DNA from: Eledone cirrhosa
Taxonomy: Eukaryota
Direction: 5' to 3'
Assembly: GCA_964016885.1 (NCBI GenBank)
Contig: OZ024740.1
Coordinates: 240,560,001-240,624,000, forward strand
Length of the DNA: 64,000 nucleotides
The position numbers and the translations under genes were made by a program. The notes below the pieces were generated by a model that saw nothing but the letters and a program-made list of their open reading frames with translations, was not told the DNA's origin and ran no database searches. Below are positions 62,390-64,000 of this stretch, piece by piece (within the stretch, counting starts at the first letter, position 1; every line of letters starts with the position of its first letter).

Positions 62390-62564
62390 AAGAATGAGAA
62401 ATTAGATAGATTGAAGAGACGGGCAGGGCGGAATTGGAAAAAATTGTTTTTAGAGAAAAATAACAGGTCCATTCATGTTGCTATCTCTTGGAAAACATAC
62501 ATATACACACATCATTATAGACAGAAAGCAGATGAGGTGATCACAGCAAATGGAAAATGTAGAG

Positions 62565-63000
62565 CAGGGGTCTCAAACTCAAAGACTCAAAAGAGCCATT
62601 ACATCCTGGGGAAAAGGTACAGTGGGCCAAAAGTAAGAAAGAGGGGGGGGGGCACGATTTCTACCAGCTATAATGCTAATCTGCAAAAAAAAAATTTCCT
62701 CAAAATGAATAGTAAGCAGGATATGTGAATTGGTACAAAATGTAGGGGAACAAATTTTCCTTAATTCCGTTTTTACTTTTGGTAAATTCCTTTTTTTTCC
62801 ATATCTACTTTGAATAAATTTCATTTTTTCCATTTCATTGTATTTCATGAGTAAAATGCAATAAATTGTACTATAATTATTATTAAAACTAGGACAAATT
62901 ACCAAGTTTTCAAAAAATATTAGTCACAAAATTTGTTCAGCCACAATCCATTGAAAAGTAGTTTGCAGGCCATATGTGACCAGCATATTTGAGACCCCTG
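62565..63000. mobile_element. hAT (Charlie/Buster-like) MITE
   Basis: TIR caggggtctcaaa / tttgagacccctg. 8-bp TSD atgtagag / atttagag. Confidence 0.88.
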
Positions 63001-64000
63001 ATTTAGAGTATAAAGTGTATGTTGCGAGGAAGAAGGACTAAGAGAGAAAATGGTTGGTGTGATGCGCAGTGGCAGTAATGAGTTACTTAAGAAGGGTAGT
63101 TCATGAGATAGGCAGTGGGAGAAAGTGTTAGCAATGTAATGTGAGTCAACCAATTGCTTCAGAGTTTGGAGTTTGGAGTTTTGGTTACATCATCATCGTT
63201 TAACATCTATCTTCCACGCTAGCATTGGTTAGAGGGGTTTGTCCCATTTGTCCCACTTATATATCATAATCATCATTTTATATCTGTTTGCTTATCCATA
63301 GTGTCATGGGTTGGATAGGTTCTCATGCTGTGAGTCAGCCTTTGTTCAGAGTTACTGCCCTCCTTGACAAATTGGAACCATATTTAAATCATACACTTCA
63401 TTTTTGGTATAGTTTCTCGGGCTGGATGCTCTTCGTATCACCAGCCACTTATATTGGTCTTCCATTGGTGTCAACAAGTGTTCAACAGAACATCATGCTC
63501 ACGAAATTAACAATGTGAAATGAAGTGCTTTGCTCAAGAACACAATGCACTGCTGGAAATCAATGTCATGACCTTACAATTGCGAACCAAATATCCTAAT
63601 AACTAGCAAAAAGCCTTCATATGGTGTACTGGGTACAATTTACTATGGCACCAGCACTAAAGAGGTTGCCTTGTCCTCAACAAGACTAAAAAATCCTTCT
63701 ACAACTCCCATTATATATATAAAATTGCAAGCTTAGTGAACGAAATGAAACTATTAAAGCTCTGTGAACTGTGTATAATAAATGAATTTAACATGTAGAT
63801 TTAAAAATTGACTGAATATATTGAAGATATTTATGAAGGGAGAAATTGTTGGATACTATTAAGTTTCATTCCTCTACATCTCGAGTTCAAATCCAAGCAA
63901 ATTTCTGCTTACAATCAACTTATCCCTGCTATAAAATAAAAATTTGATAGTCATAAATTTAAAAAAAATGAAAAATAAATTGATAACGTTCCATTAAAAG

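Overview
AT-rich, repeat-dense animal genomic DNA. The RTE LINEs with (ATG)n tails, tRNA-headed SINEs and abundant (TA)n/(CA)n tracts resemble octopus/cephalopod DNA, but that assignment is inference. The only host coding sequence I can support is three minus-strand exons (5170-5223, 2941-3083, 1953-2068) encoding the EF-hand N-terminus of the mitochondrial aspartate/glutamate carrier aralar/citrin (SLC25A12/13). The rest is probably a large intron or upstream region filled with transposons: RTE LINEs (one near full-length, with a PHD-like finger inside the RT), a complete IR/DR Tc1 element, three Helitron remnants, piggyBac-like and hAT MITEs, hAT and gypsy fossils, and two SINE families. There is a 200-N gap at 25985-26184. 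The most interesting signal is at 14135-16170: a fold-back array of ~390-430 bp non-coding units carrying four minimal type I hammerhead-ribozyme motifs (retrozyme or Penelope-like architecture). Further hammerhead-like motifs and palindromes lie beside (TA)n tracts at ~36.2, ~36.5-36.8, ~43.96 and ~62.37 kb. All coordinates were read by eye, so the ends of decayed elements are approximate.
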